This document shows, one piece after another, positions 41,157 to 52,761 of a stretch of 64,000 nt of DNA. A program made the translations under genes and the position numbers. The notes below the pieces were generated by a model. It searched no databases and was not told the origin of the DNA. It saw only the letters and a program-made list of their open reading frames with translations. The DNA is from a candidate division FCPU426 bacterium (lineage in GTDB: Bacteria > Oederibacteriota > Muellerivitia > Muellerivitales > Muellerivitaceae), in contig CAWKAR010000027.1 in assembly GCA_963847625.1 (NCBI GenBank), forward strand, positions 257,707 to 321,706. Direction: 5' to 3'. Positions within the stretch are counted from its first letter, which is position 1, and every line of letters begins with the position of its first letter.

Positions 41157-42208
41157 CCCCAGTTCAATAACGAAGTGCAACACTTAGACCCGGCAGAACC
41201 CGGGGGTTATCCTAAGTGCTATGAAATCATCCTACAAGCATCTGTCGTTAGCCGAACGTGAAGAAATTTCAGTTTGGAATGCTGAAGGCCTCTCCCTTCG
41301 GGAAATCGCACGCCGTCTGGGCCGTGATGTATCCAGCATTTCCCGAGAACTGAAGCGCAACGCCCCTCCTATACGATCTCGCCGCTACCTGCCCGCCAGA
41401 GCTCACATGCGTGCAGAACACCGAAACCGTCTTTCACGTACTCATTTAAGGCTTAAAAATCCTGAGATTCGCCGTTTAGTACTGCGAGAAATACCTCGTG
41501 GACTCTCGCCCGAGCAAATTGCCGGTTTTCTTCGCCGGGAGAAACCAAAACTTTCCGTTTCCCATGAAGCCATCTATCAATTCATCTACTGCGAAGCTCG
41601 AAACCTCATTCCTCATCTAGCCCGGGCCCATCGAAAACGTTTGCGACGTTGGCACACTCAAAAACATCGCAAAAGCCATATTCCTCAACGTACTCCCATT
41701 ACCCAACGACCAGCTATCGTTGAAACAAGACAGCAATTCGGGCACTGGGAGGCCGACACCATCATCTCCCGGAAAAGCAAACCCTCACTTCTGGTTATGG
41801 TCGAGCGCAAAAGTCGTCTGGTGAAACTGGCTTGGCTACCTCAAAAATCAGCTTTCCACACTAGAGCCGCAATCAACCGTCGGTTGGTTCGGATTTCAAA
41901 AGGCCTCCGCCGTACCATCACATACGACAATGGCTCCGAAAACGTCGAACATCTCCAGGTGAATCGTGTTTCAGGCACTCGTTCATTCTTTTGTTTGCCC
42001 TTCCACAGTTGGGAGAAAGGTTGTGTTGAAAATACTGCAGGTCTTGTTCGTCGCTTCTATCCCAAGAAAACGGATTTTGCTACTATAACCCCAGCGAATG
42101 TACGACGCGTGGAACGGATCCTAAACCATCGTCCTCGCAAGTGCCTTCGTTTCAAAACGCCGGAGCAGGTCTTTAGTCAAGGTGTTGCACTTACTGGTTG
42201 AATTCAGC
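41157..42208 (+). mobile_element. IS30-family element C (distinct, intact)
   Basis: 27-bp IRs ending AAGTGCAACAC; AAC TSD at 41154-41156 and 42209-42211. Confidence 0.95.
41221..42201 (+). CDS. IS30 transposase
   Basis: HTH, GHWEADT, YDNGSE, WEKGCVEN. Confidence 0.95.
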   Translation: MKSSYKHLSLAEREEISVWNAEGLSLREIARRLGRDVSSISRELKRNAPPIRSRRYLPARAHMRAEHRNRLSRTHLRLKNPEIRRLVLREIPRGLSPEQIAGFLRREKPKLSVSHEAIYQFIYCEARNLIPHLARAHRKRLRRWHTQKHRKSHIPQRTPITQRPAIVETRQQFGHWEADTIISRKSKPSLLVMVERKSRLVKLAWLPQKSAFHTRAAINRRLVRISKGLRRTITYDNGSENVEHLQVNRVSGTRSFFCLPFHSWEKGCVENTAGLVRRFYPKKTDFATITPANVRRVERILNHRPRKCLRFKTPEQVFSQGVALTG

Positions 42209-42305
42209 AACTTTAAAGAGAGTTCCAATAATGTTTTATATTAAGAAGCATAAAACCGATATAAGTTTCCTTTTGGGAATTGAAATGACTTCATTAACTT
42301 TTAGA

Positions 42306-44558
42306 ATGGAACTCGGTAAATTGAGATGGAAGATAATCGGAATTTTATTAATCTTCATTTTTATTTTTTCCCCCAGATTTTTATGGTCAGCGCCAGTTGA
42401 TCTGGTTGATCCCTTTATCGGAACTGCTAATGGCGGGAACACTTTTCCCGGGGCTTTGGTTCCGTGGGGGATGGTTTCGGTCAGTCCGCATACGGATCTT
42501 CATTCTCCTTCAGGATATATTTATGGAAACCCCTTTATTTACGGATTCGGCCACGTGCATTTAAGCGGAACAGGATGCCCCGACTTGGGAAGTGTCGTGC
42601 TCATGCCGACCACAGGTGAAATCCAGGTTTCGCGAGATAATTGGAAATCAAAATATGAATCGGAAAGCGCTGTTCCCGGGGCCTACGCTGTTTATTTAAA
42701 AACTTATGACATTTTTTCCCAAATGAGCGCCACAACTCACGCCGGGATCAGCCAATACATTTTTCCATCCAGAAAAGGGGATGCCAACATACTTTTGGAT
42801 GTCGGAGCGAGGTTAACGACCGATCCGGTAACTCTGAAGACGTCTTTTGAATCCTATGTGAAGATTGATTCCCCTTCTGAAGTGGAAGGTTTTACCCAAA
42901 GTGGAAATTTTTGCAGTCCATCCGCTAAAAATAAACAAACGGTATATTTTGTGGCCAAATTCAGCAAACCGGCACAGGAAGTTGGAACATGGAAAAAAAT
43001 GTCCCTTAGCCATGACAGGGAGGAACACGGGAAGGAAATCGGAGCTTATTTTCGATTTTCCACAGGGGAAAAGGAGCCCATTGAAGTAAAAGTGGGGATT
43101 TCCTATGTCAGTATCCCCAATGCCCGAATAAACCTTGAAACCGAGATGCCTGATTGGGATTTGGAGGAGGTCAAGGCTAAAGCGCGAGTGGCTTGGAATA
43201 GCGAATTGTCTAAAATCAAAGTCGGAAAAGCTACTCCTGATCATTTGAAGATCTTCTACACCGCTTTATACCATTGCCTCATCCATCCGAATGTTTTTTC
43301 AGACGTGAACGGTGAATATCCCTCCATGGGGTATCATGACGTCAAGTCGACTAAGAAACTGAGTTATACCCGGTACACCATTTTCTCTCTTTGGGACACC
43401 TACCGAAATCTGCATCCCCTGCTCACCTTTCTTTATCCTGAACGTGAACTAGATATGGTCCGAAGCTTGGTAGAAATGGCCAAGGAAGGGGGAGAGCTTC
43501 CGCGTTGGGAGTTGGCGGGGAACGAAACCGGCGTCATGGTCGGGGATCCGTCGGTTCCGGTCATTGTGAACACTTACCTTTCAGGACTTAAGAATTTCGA
43601 TGTGAGATCGGCCTACGATGCCATGGCGAAAAGCCTTTCCTCGAAGGATAACAAGGTCTACGGGGGCCTCAAATCACTTATTAAATTCGGCTATATACCT
43701 CAGGACGACGATACTGGGAATTGGGTTTGGGGCTCGGTTTCAACCAGTTTGGAATATTCCTACGATTTTTGGTGTCTCGCGCAGATGGCTAAAGAGCTTC
43801 GTTATGATCAGGATTACGAGAAATACATCCATTTCTCAGGCATATATCGGAATTTTTACGATTCCGAAACGGGTTTTTTACGCGCTAAAAACCGAGACGG
43901 TTCTTGGATAAAACCTTTCGACCCCCAAGCGATCTGTTGTGATAAAAATTGGCCTAACAGCGGCGGTCCAGGCTACGTAGAAGGAAACGCCTGGCAATAC
44001 CTTTTTTTCATTCCCCAGGACTTAGATGGATTGCGACTCACTATGGGAAGCGACAGAAATTTCACTAAACGTCTTCAAGAATGTTTTGAAAAAGGATATT
44101 ACGACGCCACCAATGAACCCGACCTCTTCTGGTCTTATCTGTTTAACGAAATCCCTGGTGAGGCCTGGCGCACCCAAAAGAAAGTCAGGGAATTGATGGA
44201 AAAGTACTATAAACCGACTTCTGATGGACTGCCGGGGAATGACGATTGCGGCACCCTCTCGGCTTGGTATGTTTTTTCAGCCCTTGGTTTTTATCCTGTC
44301 TGCCCAGGAAGTGGAGTTTTTCAAATCGGAAGTCCAATCTTTCAGGAGGTTGAAGTTAATCTGAATCAAAGTATTTATTCCGGCCGATCACTTCTACTTA
44401 AAACCAACAATAACTCTTACCGGAATGTTTACATCCAATCCGTTCTAATTGATGGGGTTCCATATAAAAACACTTTCCTAAGATGGGAAGATTTAATTTA
44501 TGGAAAAACCATTGTCTTTACAATGGGCCCTGAGCTGAGGAAAAAATTCTCTCAATGA
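42306..44558 (+). CDS. GH92 alpha-1,2-mannosidase
   Basis: DPFIGT, TFPGA, HLSGTG, SLWDTYR, EGNAWQY, GNDDCG. Confidence 0.93.
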   Translation: MELGKLRWKIIGILLIFIFIFSPRFLWSAPVDLVDPFIGTANGGNTFPGALVPWGMVSVSPHTDLHSPSGYIYGNPFIYGFGHVHLSGTGCPDLGSVVLMPTTGEIQVSRDNWKSKYESESAVPGAYAVYLKTYDIFSQMSATTHAGISQYIFPSRKGDANILLDVGARLTTDPVTLKTSFESYVKIDSPSEVEGFTQSGNFCSPSAKNKQTVYFVAKFSKPAQEVGTWKKMSLSHDREEHGKEIGAYFRFSTGEKEPIEVKVGISYVSIPNARINLETEMPDWDLEEVKAKARVAWNSELSKIKVGKATPDHLKIFYTALYHCLIHPNVFSDVNGEYPSMGYHDVKSTKKLSYTRYTIFSLWDTYRNLHPLLTFLYPERELDMVRSLVEMAKEGGELPRWELAGNETGVMVGDPSVPVIVNTYLSGLKNFDVRSAYDAMAKSLSSKDNKVYGGLKSLIKFGYIPQDDDTGNWVWGSVSTSLEYSYDFWCLAQMAKELRYDQDYEKYIHFSGIYRNFYDSETGFLRAKNRDGSWIKPFDPQAICCDKNWPNSGGPGYVEGNAWQYLFFIPQDLDGLRLTMGSDRNFTKRLQECFEKGYYDATNEPDLFWSYLFNEIPGEAWRTQKKVRELMEKYYKPTSDGLPGNDDCGTLSAWYVFSALGFYPVCPGSGVFQIGSPIFQEVEVNLNQSIYSGRSLLLKTNNNSYRNVYIQSVLIDGVPYKNTFLRWEDLIYGKTIVFTMGPELRKKFSQ

Positions 44559-44674
44559 AATATATTCACATTTATTTTATAGCTATGATTTTTTTCTTTT
44601 TATCGGGATTTATTTAGAACTTTACAAGCCTTTTTTGAATGATTCTCATGGATTCCCGTATGTTTAAACAATCC

Positions 44675-44704
44675 TTGTCGTTTTTAGGGGCCTTGTGTTA
44701 TAAC
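44675..44704 (+). promoter_or_regulatory. Putative sigma70 promoter of the rpsB operon
   Basis: TTGTCG-N18-TATAAC with extended -10 TG. Confidence 0.4.
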
Positions 44705-44879
44705 CATACGACCTTGGCTGAACATTAAAAGGCCTTGGAGGGTGTCAGGCGAATTTTATTGCCGACCCATTTCTCACGCTTCCCCAACGTTCCTTTTAGT
44801 GGTCCCTGAAAGGGGATTAGATTGGAACCCATTCTTGGATGGAAAAGGGAAGCGGTGGTAAAACTAAAGGAGCAATTTT

Positions 44880-45848
44880 ATGATGTCTGTTTCAATGAAG
44901 CAGTTACTGGAAGCCGGAGTCCATTTCGGCCACCAGACCCGCCGTTGGAATCCCAAAATGTCTCTCTATATTTTCGGCGAGCGCAACGGGATCCATATTA
45001 TTGACCTCCAAAAGACCGTAAAGAAACTTAAAGAAGCCTACCAATTTGTCAAAGATCTTGCGGTCGCGGGGGATTCCATTGTTTTTGTCGGTACCAAGAA
45101 ACAAGCTCAAGACGCCATTAAGGAAGAAGCTGATCGTTGCGGCATGCCCTATGTCAATTACCGCTGGCTGGGAGGCATGTTGACTAATTTTGCGACGATA
45201 AAGAAATCCATTTCTTATTTGAAGGAATTGGAAGGAATCTCCGAGCAGGAACTAGCCGACAGGTCCAAGAAAGAACAAGCCCGACTGAATAAGGATAAAA
45301 TGAAATTGGAGCGTTCTCTAGGCGGCATTAAGAATATTTCTAAGCTTCCCGGCGCCATTTTTGTCATCGACACTAAAAAAGAACATATTGCCGTGCAGGA
45401 AGCCCGCAAACTGGGTATTCCAATTGTGGCGGTCGTGGATACCAATTGTGATCCCGGCGAAGTGGATCTTGTCATTCCCGGGAATGACGATGCGATTCGC
45501 GCTGTAAAGCTTATGGCTTCGGTGATGGCCAGCGCTGTATTGGAGGGCCGCTCCAGGGAATTGGAAGGCCGCGAGATTTCACCTGAAAGCGTCGTGGCTC
45601 CTTCTGAAGTCGGAGAGGAAATGCTTGCGTCGGCGGAAAAGGAAGTTGAAATTCCCGTTGAAGTCGAAGCCACGGCCCAAGAATTACTCGAAACCACTGA
45701 AGAAAAGAAGGAAGTTGTCGAACTTTTGATTGGCAACGTAGAACATCTTGCAGGTGATGCCGAAACGGTGGCGGTTTTGGCCGATGAACTTGCGGACGAA
45801 AAAGTGGAACGAATTCGGACTAAACGCGTTCGGGATGATAAGGCCTGA
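44880..45848 (+). CDS. rpsB: 30S ribosomal protein S2 with acidic tail
   Basis: [27 protein letters not shown]. Confidence 0.98.
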   Translation: MMSVSMKQLLEAGVHFGHQTRRWNPKMSLYIFGERNGIHIIDLQKTVKKLKEAYQFVKDLAVAGDSIVFVGTKKQAQDAIKEEADRCGMPYVNYRWLGGMLTNFATIKKSISYLKELEGISEQELADRSKKEQARLNKDKMKLERSLGGIKNISKLPGAIFVIDTKKEHIAVQEARKLGIPIVAVVDTNCDPGEVDLVIPGNDDAIRAVKLMASVMASAVLEGRSRELEGREISPESVVAPSEVGEEMLASAEKEVEIPVEVEATAQELLETTEEKKEVVELLIGNVEHLAGDAETVAVLADELADEKVERIRTKRVRDDKA

Positions 45849-45993
45849 AAAAAACCAATTGGATCATTGAAAGTTTTTCACCTTCAACTTCAAATAGTTT
45901 TTAAATAGTCATGTGTTTATATGTAAGACGACGCTATCAAAATCCTCCGGAAAAATAGCCGGTGGAGGGAAAGGTTTTGGAGGAATAGAAAGC

Positions 45994-46587
45994 ATGGAAA
46001 TTACAACGAACGCGGTCAAGGAATTACGGGAAAAAACCGGTGCGGGTATGATGGATTGTAAGAAAGCCTTGGCTGCGACAATGGGTGATTTCGAGAAGGC
46101 CATTGTTTGGTTGCGAGAAAAAGGGGTTGCCCAGGTCGCCAGAAGGGTTGGACGCAGTGCCAATCAAGGGATCATTGGCAGCTATATACATGGCGGTAAA
46201 GTGGGTGTGTTGGTGGAGGTAAATTGCGAAACAGACTTTGTAGCAAAGACCACCGATTTTCAAAACCTGGTCAAGGAGTTGGCTATGCAGGTGGCCGCTT
46301 CTTCCCCAAAATATGTCAATAAGGAAGAAGTCCCCATGGCTGAATTGGATCAGGAAAAGGCTATTTACTTGAATGAGGCCAAACAATCCGGTAAACCTGA
46401 AATTGTTCAGCAAAAGATCGCCGAAGGAAAAATCGAAAGTTATTTCAAGCAAGTCTGTTTGTTAGAACAGCCCTATATCCGTGAACCTAAGAAATCAGTG
46501 CGTCAATTTATGACCGAAGTGGCTGCGAAATTGGGCGAGAATGTGGTGGTGAAGCGATTCTGCCGTTTTCAATTGGGCGAGTCGTAA
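45994..46587 (+). CDS. tsf: Elongation factor Ts (short form)
   Basis: [27 protein letters not shown]. Confidence 0.97.
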   Translation: MEITTNAVKELREKTGAGMMDCKKALAATMGDFEKAIVWLREKGVAQVARRVGRSANQGIIGSYIHGGKVGVLVEVNCETDFVAKTTDFQNLVKELAMQVAASSPKYVNKEEVPMAELDQEKAIYLNEAKQSGKPEIVQQKIAEGKIESYFKQVCLLEQPYIREPKKSVRQFMTEVAAKLGENVVVKRFCRFQLGES

Positions 46588-46701
46588 TCCGGTCAATGAT
46601 AAATGGTCGACTAAAAAGACTTGTAACTATTGATAAATGATGTGTTATGTGGAAAGTTCAGTTTATTATTTAATTTTAAGTAATTAGTCTCGAGGAAATA
46701 A

Positions 46702-47448
<747 letters not shown>

Positions 47449-47548
47449 AAACTTGCATCTGAAAACCGACGGCTATCGGCGATAGCTTTTTGCTTGTTAG
47501 CCAGGATCGCACGGGAAATTCCGGAAATATTTCCATCGAGGTTTAAAA

Positions 47549-48112
47549 ATGTCCGACGCGAACCAAGTCATCAGCGAAGCTGAATCAAAAATGAAAAAGG
47601 TAATTGATTCTACTAAGCGGGAATTTGCCGGTATACGAACTGGACGTGCCACTACTTCTCTGGTTGAGCATATCAAGGTGGAGTATTATGGCAGTTTGGT
47701 TCCAGTGAACCAAGTGGCCAATATATCCATACCCGATTCCAAAACCATTGAAATGAAACCTTGGGACGCCCAGGCGCTCACGGAAATCGAGAAAGCCATC
47801 CTGAAAAGCGACCTGGGATTAACCCCCAACAATGATGGCAAGGTCATCCGAATCAACCTTCCCCCCTTAACCGAGGAGCGCCGCAAGGAATTTGTGAAGC
47901 TCGTCCATAAGGAAGCTGAAAACAGTCGTGTTGCGATCCGGTCCATTCGCCAGGAGGCAAATAAGCATTTGGACCAGTCCAAAAAAGACAAAACCATCAC
48001 AGAGGATGAATACAAAAAATATCATGACCGCATCCAAAAAATGACCGACGCCCATACCCAGGAAGTCAACACCTTGAGCGTTCATAAGGAAAAAGAAATC
48101 ATGGAGTTATAA
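47549..48112 (+). CDS. frr: Ribosome recycling factor
   Basis: IRTGRA, PPLTEERR. Confidence 0.98.
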   Translation: MSDANQVISEAESKMKKVIDSTKREFAGIRTGRATTSLVEHIKVEYYGSLVPVNQVANISIPDSKTIEMKPWDAQALTEIEKAILKSDLGLTPNNDGKVIRINLPPLTEERRKEFVKLVHKEAENSRVAIRSIRQEANKHLDQSKKDKTITEDEYKKYHDRIQKMTDAHTQEVNTLSVHKEKEIMEL

Positions 48113-48120
48113 ATCCTCAT

Positions 48121-48903
48121 TTGCATACCTTGAAACTGGATTCACTCTTAAAATGCCACCACCTGAAGCCTAACCTGCCTCGGCATGTCGCCATCATTAT
48201 GGATGGAAACGGCCGATGGGCCAGAAAACGTGGTTTACCTCGTATTGCGGGACACCGGGCAGGAGCGAGAACTATCCGAGAAATCGTCCGCCTCTCGGGA
48301 GAATTGGGACTGGAGGCACTGACCCTTTACGCTTTTTCCACTGAAAATTGGAAAAGACCGCAGCGGGAAATACAGCTGCTTATGGGTCTCTTGCGCCAGT
48401 ATCTAAGAAGCGAAGTCGAAGAACTTCTCCGAAATAATGTTCGACTCCAAACCATCGGGAACACTCAGGAACTTCCTCCGTTAATCCAGAAGGAGCTCCA
48501 AAAAGCCATCCAAGCCACAGCCCATTCCAACGGCCTTATCCTTGTGTTGGCCCTTTCATACAGCGGCCGATCAGATCTTTTAGGAGCAGTCCGGAGTATC
48601 GTGAATAAGGTGAAAAGGGGACAACTTGTTCCCGCTGCCATCCAGGAAGGAACTATTACTCGAAATCTCTCGACGGCTTCCCTGCCTGAAGTAGACCTTT
48701 TAATCCGGACCAGCGGGGAAATGAGAATTTCAAATTTTCTACTTTGGGAACTGGCTTATTCCGAATTCTATGTTACTTCAACCCTTTGGCCTGATTTTAA
48801 ATCACGTCATTTCATTACGGCTTTAAGGGATTTCCAAAGACGAAAAAGGCGATTTGGCGGCATCAAGAATGTTTTAGGGAGTCCAATATCATGGGCCCAT
48901 TGA
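48121..48903 (+). CDS. uppS: Undecaprenyl diphosphate synthase
   Basis: HVAIIMDGNGRWA, FSTENWKR, IRTSGE.RISNF. Confidence 0.97.
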   Translation: MHTLKLDSLLKCHHLKPNLPRHVAIIMDGNGRWARKRGLPRIAGHRAGARTIREIVRLSGELGLEALTLYAFSTENWKRPQREIQLLMGLLRQYLRSEVEELLRNNVRLQTIGNTQELPPLIQKELQKAIQATAHSNGLILVLALSYSGRSDLLGAVRSIVNKVKRGQLVPAAIQEGTITRNLSTASLPEVDLLIRTSGEMRISNFLLWELAYSEFYVTSTLWPDFKSRHFITALRDFQRRKRRFGGIKNVLGSPISWAH

Positions 48904-49727
48904 CCAAACGAATTTTAACGGCAGCTGTAGCCATACCTGTCCTCTTACTTTTGACGTTCTGGAATAAAACTTTTCCATGGCGTCTTTTGGTTTCTTTAGC
49001 CCTGTCTTTAAGCCTTTGGGAATTCTTAATGTTAGCTGGATTAAAAGAGATAAAAGTTCTGAAAGTGGAAGGAATGACAGCTTTAGGTATTTTTCTTCTC
49101 CCATGGATTTTAAAACCATGGTTGACATGGTCCGAAGGAGATTCTTTTCTCATGGCACTGCTTCTCATTACTCTTTCGTTTTTATGGTCTTCTCGGTCCC
49201 TAAAGGATATGGTTTTCGCCGTTAGTATCACTTTTTTCGGAGTGGCTTATTTTGGAATATTTTCTGATTATGTTTTTCGCCTACGGGAAATGACCCATGG
49301 AGCCTGGCATTTGCTATGGCTTTATGCGGCCACCTGGGCCTACGACACAGGAGGATATTTCATTGGAAAAAGATTCGGAAAGCACTCCCTGGCGCCCGTG
49401 ACCTCTCCCAAAAAAACATGGGAAGGCTGTGTGGGTGGATTTCTTTTTGTGGTCACATTTCTTTTTTTATTTTGGAGAATTTTTCCAGTTTATAACCTTT
49501 ATTCCGGTACGGAAGTTGCTCTTCTTTCACTCCTTCTTTCTGTTTTCGCGCAATTGGGCGACTTGACGGAATCTCTTATCAAGCGAAGCTTAGGGGCCAA
49601 GGATTCGGGAACATTGATACCGGGCCATGGCGGAATTTTTGACCGCATAGACAGCCTTCTTTTTAATGCGCCTGTCTTATTTTACTTTCTTATTTTGTTT
49701 AAACATGAATTACCCATACGAGTTTAA
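48891..49727 (+). CDS. cdsA: Phosphatidate cytidylyltransferase
   Basis: SPKKTWEG, KDSG..IPGHGGIFDRIDS. Confidence 0.96.
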   Translation: MGPLTKRILTAAVAIPVLLLLTFWNKTFPWRLLVSLALSLSLWEFLMLAGLKEIKVLKVEGMTALGIFLLPWILKPWLTWSEGDSFLMALLLITLSFLWSSRSLKDMVFAVSITFFGVAYFGIFSDYVFRLREMTHGAWHLLWLYAATWAYDTGGYFIGKRFGKHSLAPVTSPKKTWEGCVGGFLFVVTFLFLFWRIFPVYNLYSGTEVALLSLLLSVFAQLGDLTESLIKRSLGAKDSGTLIPGHGGIFDRIDSLLFNAPVLFYFLILFKHELPIRV

Positions 49728-49755
49728 CATGCCGAAGTGTTTTCTGGAGGGTTGA

Positions 49756-50946
49756 ATGCCTATTGAGGACCTTGTTATAAAAGCGCTGAAAACTTTTTTC
49801 CACCAATTCGGGGAGGGCGGAAGAAAAGTTACATTGGTAGCGGCTCCCAGCCGCATCACCCTTTTAGGCGGGGAATATACAGAGGCCGTGGACGGTTACA
49901 GCCTTTTGGCCGCTGGAAACCATTACATGGTGGTCGCGGCTCAGCGGCGGAGTGATAAGGAAGCTTTTTTCCATTCCCTTCAGTATGACGAAAAAATAAA
50001 AGTTTCACTTCTCGCCCTGAAGTTTGACCGGGAAGATGGTTGGGCGAACTTCCCCAAGGGCGTGGTCTACTTTTACGGCCGTACTGGGCGGAAAATCGAG
50101 GGACTGCAAATGGTTTTGGCAGGGGACATGTCGGAAGGAGTTGGAATGGGTTTATCGGCTGCCATTACAGTGGCCACCGCTATGGCCTGCAACGCCCTTG
50201 GAAACCAGCCGCTGGACGATTCCACCCTCGTGAAGCTCTGCCACCGAGTGGAAAACCAATTCATGGGCCAAAGGGGGGATTATTTCTCCCCTTTTGCCGT
50301 GAAGTTTTCGAAAAAAGATCATTTGGTCCTTTTCGACGCCCGCACTTTCAAACCGGAATACATACCATTCGATGGAAGAATTTGCAAATTGGTGATGGTG
50401 GACAGTGGAGTTCGAAAAAAAGAAAGGGAAGAGGAATTCAAAAAACGTTTAGAGCTTTTTAATCAATTATTATTGGAAATCCGTAAACACATCCCCAAGA
50501 TCCTTTCGCTTCGTGATGTGGATATTGAGGCTTACGAAACCGTCCGGAAAAAGATCGATATCATCCAAAGAAAACGCCTGGATCATGTAGTTTATGAGAA
50601 CCAACGGGTTAGAAAAGCGAAGGATATTATGGCTAGGGGTGATTACGAGGGCTTGGGCGCGCTTTTAAGTGAATCTCATGATTCGCTTGTTGATAAACTC
50701 AAGGTGGGATGTGAGGAAGTGGATATTCTAACTCGGATTGCCCGCAAGCAATCGGGTTGCCTGGGTTCCAGGATGGCGGGTATTGGATGGGGAGGATCTA
50801 TTCTTTGTTTGGTAAAAGCAGGGGAAGTGGCTGATTTTATCGATCGGGTAAAAGGGGAATACAAAAAAATGGTTAATATTTCCCCACAGGTCTTCGTTAA
50901 TGAGCCCCAAGAAGGGGCAAGGGAAGTTGAATCGCTGGTTTCTTGA
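49756..50946 (+). CDS. Galactokinase-like GHMP protein with degenerate motifs
   Basis: APSRITLLG.E, SHDSL, GSRMAGIGWGG. Confidence 0.85.
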   Translation: MPIEDLVIKALKTFFHQFGEGGRKVTLVAAPSRITLLGGEYTEAVDGYSLLAAGNHYMVVAAQRRSDKEAFFHSLQYDEKIKVSLLALKFDREDGWANFPKGVVYFYGRTGRKIEGLQMVLAGDMSEGVGMGLSAAITVATAMACNALGNQPLDDSTLVKLCHRVENQFMGQRGDYFSPFAVKFSKKDHLVLFDARTFKPEYIPFDGRICKLVMVDSGVRKKEREEEFKKRLELFNQLLLEIRKHIPKILSLRDVDIEAYETVRKKIDIIQRKRLDHVVYENQRVRKAKDIMARGDYEGLGALLSESHDSLVDKLKVGCEEVDILTRIARKQSGCLGSRMAGIGWGGSILCLVKAGEVADFIDRVKGEYKKMVNISPQVFVNEPQEGAREVESLVS

Positions 50947-51170
50947 ACAACTTTCCGAATAATTCGGGAACTTAGTTTTCTGTATGTTTTTTTTAATGAC
51001 AGCCGTTTTTAGGTTAAAACAAAGCCAAAGCTCTTAAAAATGGGCCTGGCAAGAAAGAATGTGGGTTAAAATCATTTTTCTAGACGGGTTTTTAAAACAC
51101 TTTATAATGTCCCAGGTTAGTCCAAAAAATCATTATTAAAAGATCCATAACCTAAATTTTGGAGGCGGAA

Positions 51171-52685
51171 ATGCGTGGCTTTCGAAAATATGTGTTTTTA
51201 CTTTTAGGGATTTTGATTACTTTTGAAACTCCGTATTCCTTACATGCTCAGGCAGCTACGGCCGCGCAAGATATTGCTACGGCGAACCAACTGTATGCCG
51301 CCCATAATTATGCCCAGGCCGGTCAATATTATTATGCTGCCATTAAGTTAAATCCGACTTCTGCCGCTGCTTATCAAAGTTTAGGCAACTGTTATTACTT
51401 TCTTGGACGTAAAGAATATGCTTTGACCTGTTTCCAAAGGGCATTAAATCTTCAACCAAATAATCCTCAATTGGCCCAATTTGTTCAAAGCTTAAAAGCA
51501 AAGTTGTCCACCGCTACAGGTGTCGTTTCAACGGCCAAGGCTTCCACCGTCAACGGAGCCGCTCCAGCTGGAAATGCCAACGCCGTGGGTACCGCTGCTG
51601 GGATGGGTTTAGCTGCTGATCCCTTGGCCCAAGGCAAGGTTCTTTTCCAACAAAAGCAATATGCCGCAGCCATTCCTTATTTCCAACAAGCCGCCAGCCA
51701 AGGTCCTAATAATTATCTTCCTTATTATTACGAGGCATATGCTTATTACATGACAAGAAACAACAAACTAGCAGCCCTTTATTTTGAAATTGCGAATTTG
51801 AAGCAACCCAATGCATCTCTCAAGGCTTATGCGGTGCGTATCGAGAAGACTCTTGCTCCCGTGGATCAGAAATGGGTGGAAGACCAACTCAGCAAGTTTT
51901 CCCAAGCAGGAGTGGCTGTGGCCGGAACCGGCAAGGTCGCTAAAAAAGAGATTGTCCTGGGGTTCCATGTTGGAGCCTCCATGGATTATATCCAGTCTGA
52001 TCCCACCAAAGTTAAAACCGCGCTTGCCGCGGCTGGATCCGTTTCCATGTCGGGGTTGACGCCTAATTTCATCGCGATGCCGGGTTTAGAATTTTTCGCA
52101 CAGGTCAGCCCTGAATTTGAAATCGATTTGGCCGGTTATTATTTGCCACTGGGTTCCATGTCTTATACCACGTATGATTACAGCCAAATCAGTTTGGACG
52201 GCTCCAACCCGAATGTTCTTAAATACAATTATAACTTTTCCGTATTTACGGGCAGTTTGGGCCTAAAATTCCTTTTTGGTGATTCAAAGACGAAGGGGTA
52301 TTTTGGGGCGGGATTCGACATTTCGCCCACCAGCGTTACTTTAACGAAAGAAAAATACGACCATACGGGCACGATTGCCCTCCAGCAGGATCCCAGCACC
52401 AGTTCAGGGGGTGGTGGAGATTATACGAGCTTGGGAATCGGCGGCCATGCGGTTTTAGGTGTAGATTTTTTCCTGGGTCCGGATATCGGTCTTGGACCTT
52501 ATATCGGTTATAAATACCTGGATGTTACCAATCTTAAAAATTCCAAAGGTAATTTGGCCCTCAACTCAAGCACCGGGGAAGTATCCAATAGCTCCCTGGT
52601 GGCTAAAACGTGGAAAAATTCCACTAACTTGGACCTGGACTTCAGTGGTGTCCTCGGCGGTTTGAATCTCACCTTCTTGTTCTAA
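51171..52685 (+). CDS. Secreted TPR protein with C-terminal outer-membrane beta-barrel-like domain
   Basis: TPR helices, alternating beta-strands, terminal Phe. Confidence 0.78.
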   Translation: MRGFRKYVFLLLGILITFETPYSLHAQAATAAQDIATANQLYAAHNYAQAGQYYYAAIKLNPTSAAAYQSLGNCYYFLGRKEYALTCFQRALNLQPNNPQLAQFVQSLKAKLSTATGVVSTAKASTVNGAAPAGNANAVGTAAGMGLAADPLAQGKVLFQQKQYAAAIPYFQQAASQGPNNYLPYYYEAYAYYMTRNNKLAALYFEIANLKQPNASLKAYAVRIEKTLAPVDQKWVEDQLSKFSQAGVAVAGTGKVAKKEIVLGFHVGASMDYIQSDPTKVKTALAAAGSVSMSGLTPNFIAMPGLEFFAQVSPEFEIDLAGYYLPLGSMSYTTYDYSQISLDGSNPNVLKYNYNFSVFTGSLGLKFLFGDSKTKGYFGAGFDISPTSVTLTKEKYDHTGTIALQQDPSTSSGGGGDYTSLGIGGHAVLGVDFFLGPDIGLGPYIGYKYLDVTNLKNSKGNLALNSSTGEVSNSSLVAKTWKNSTNLDLDFSGVLGGLNLTFLF

Positions 52686-52710
52686 AACCTGTCTTTAAAA
52701 GCAACTGATG

Positions 52711-52742
52711 AACGGGGGCGCTTTCGCCCCCGTTTTTGTTTT
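52711..52742 (+). terminator. Intrinsic terminator
   Basis: AACGGGGGCG-CTTT-CGCCCCCGTT followed by a T tract. Confidence 0.85.
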
Positions 52743-52761
52743 ATAAGGATAAACTAAGAAA

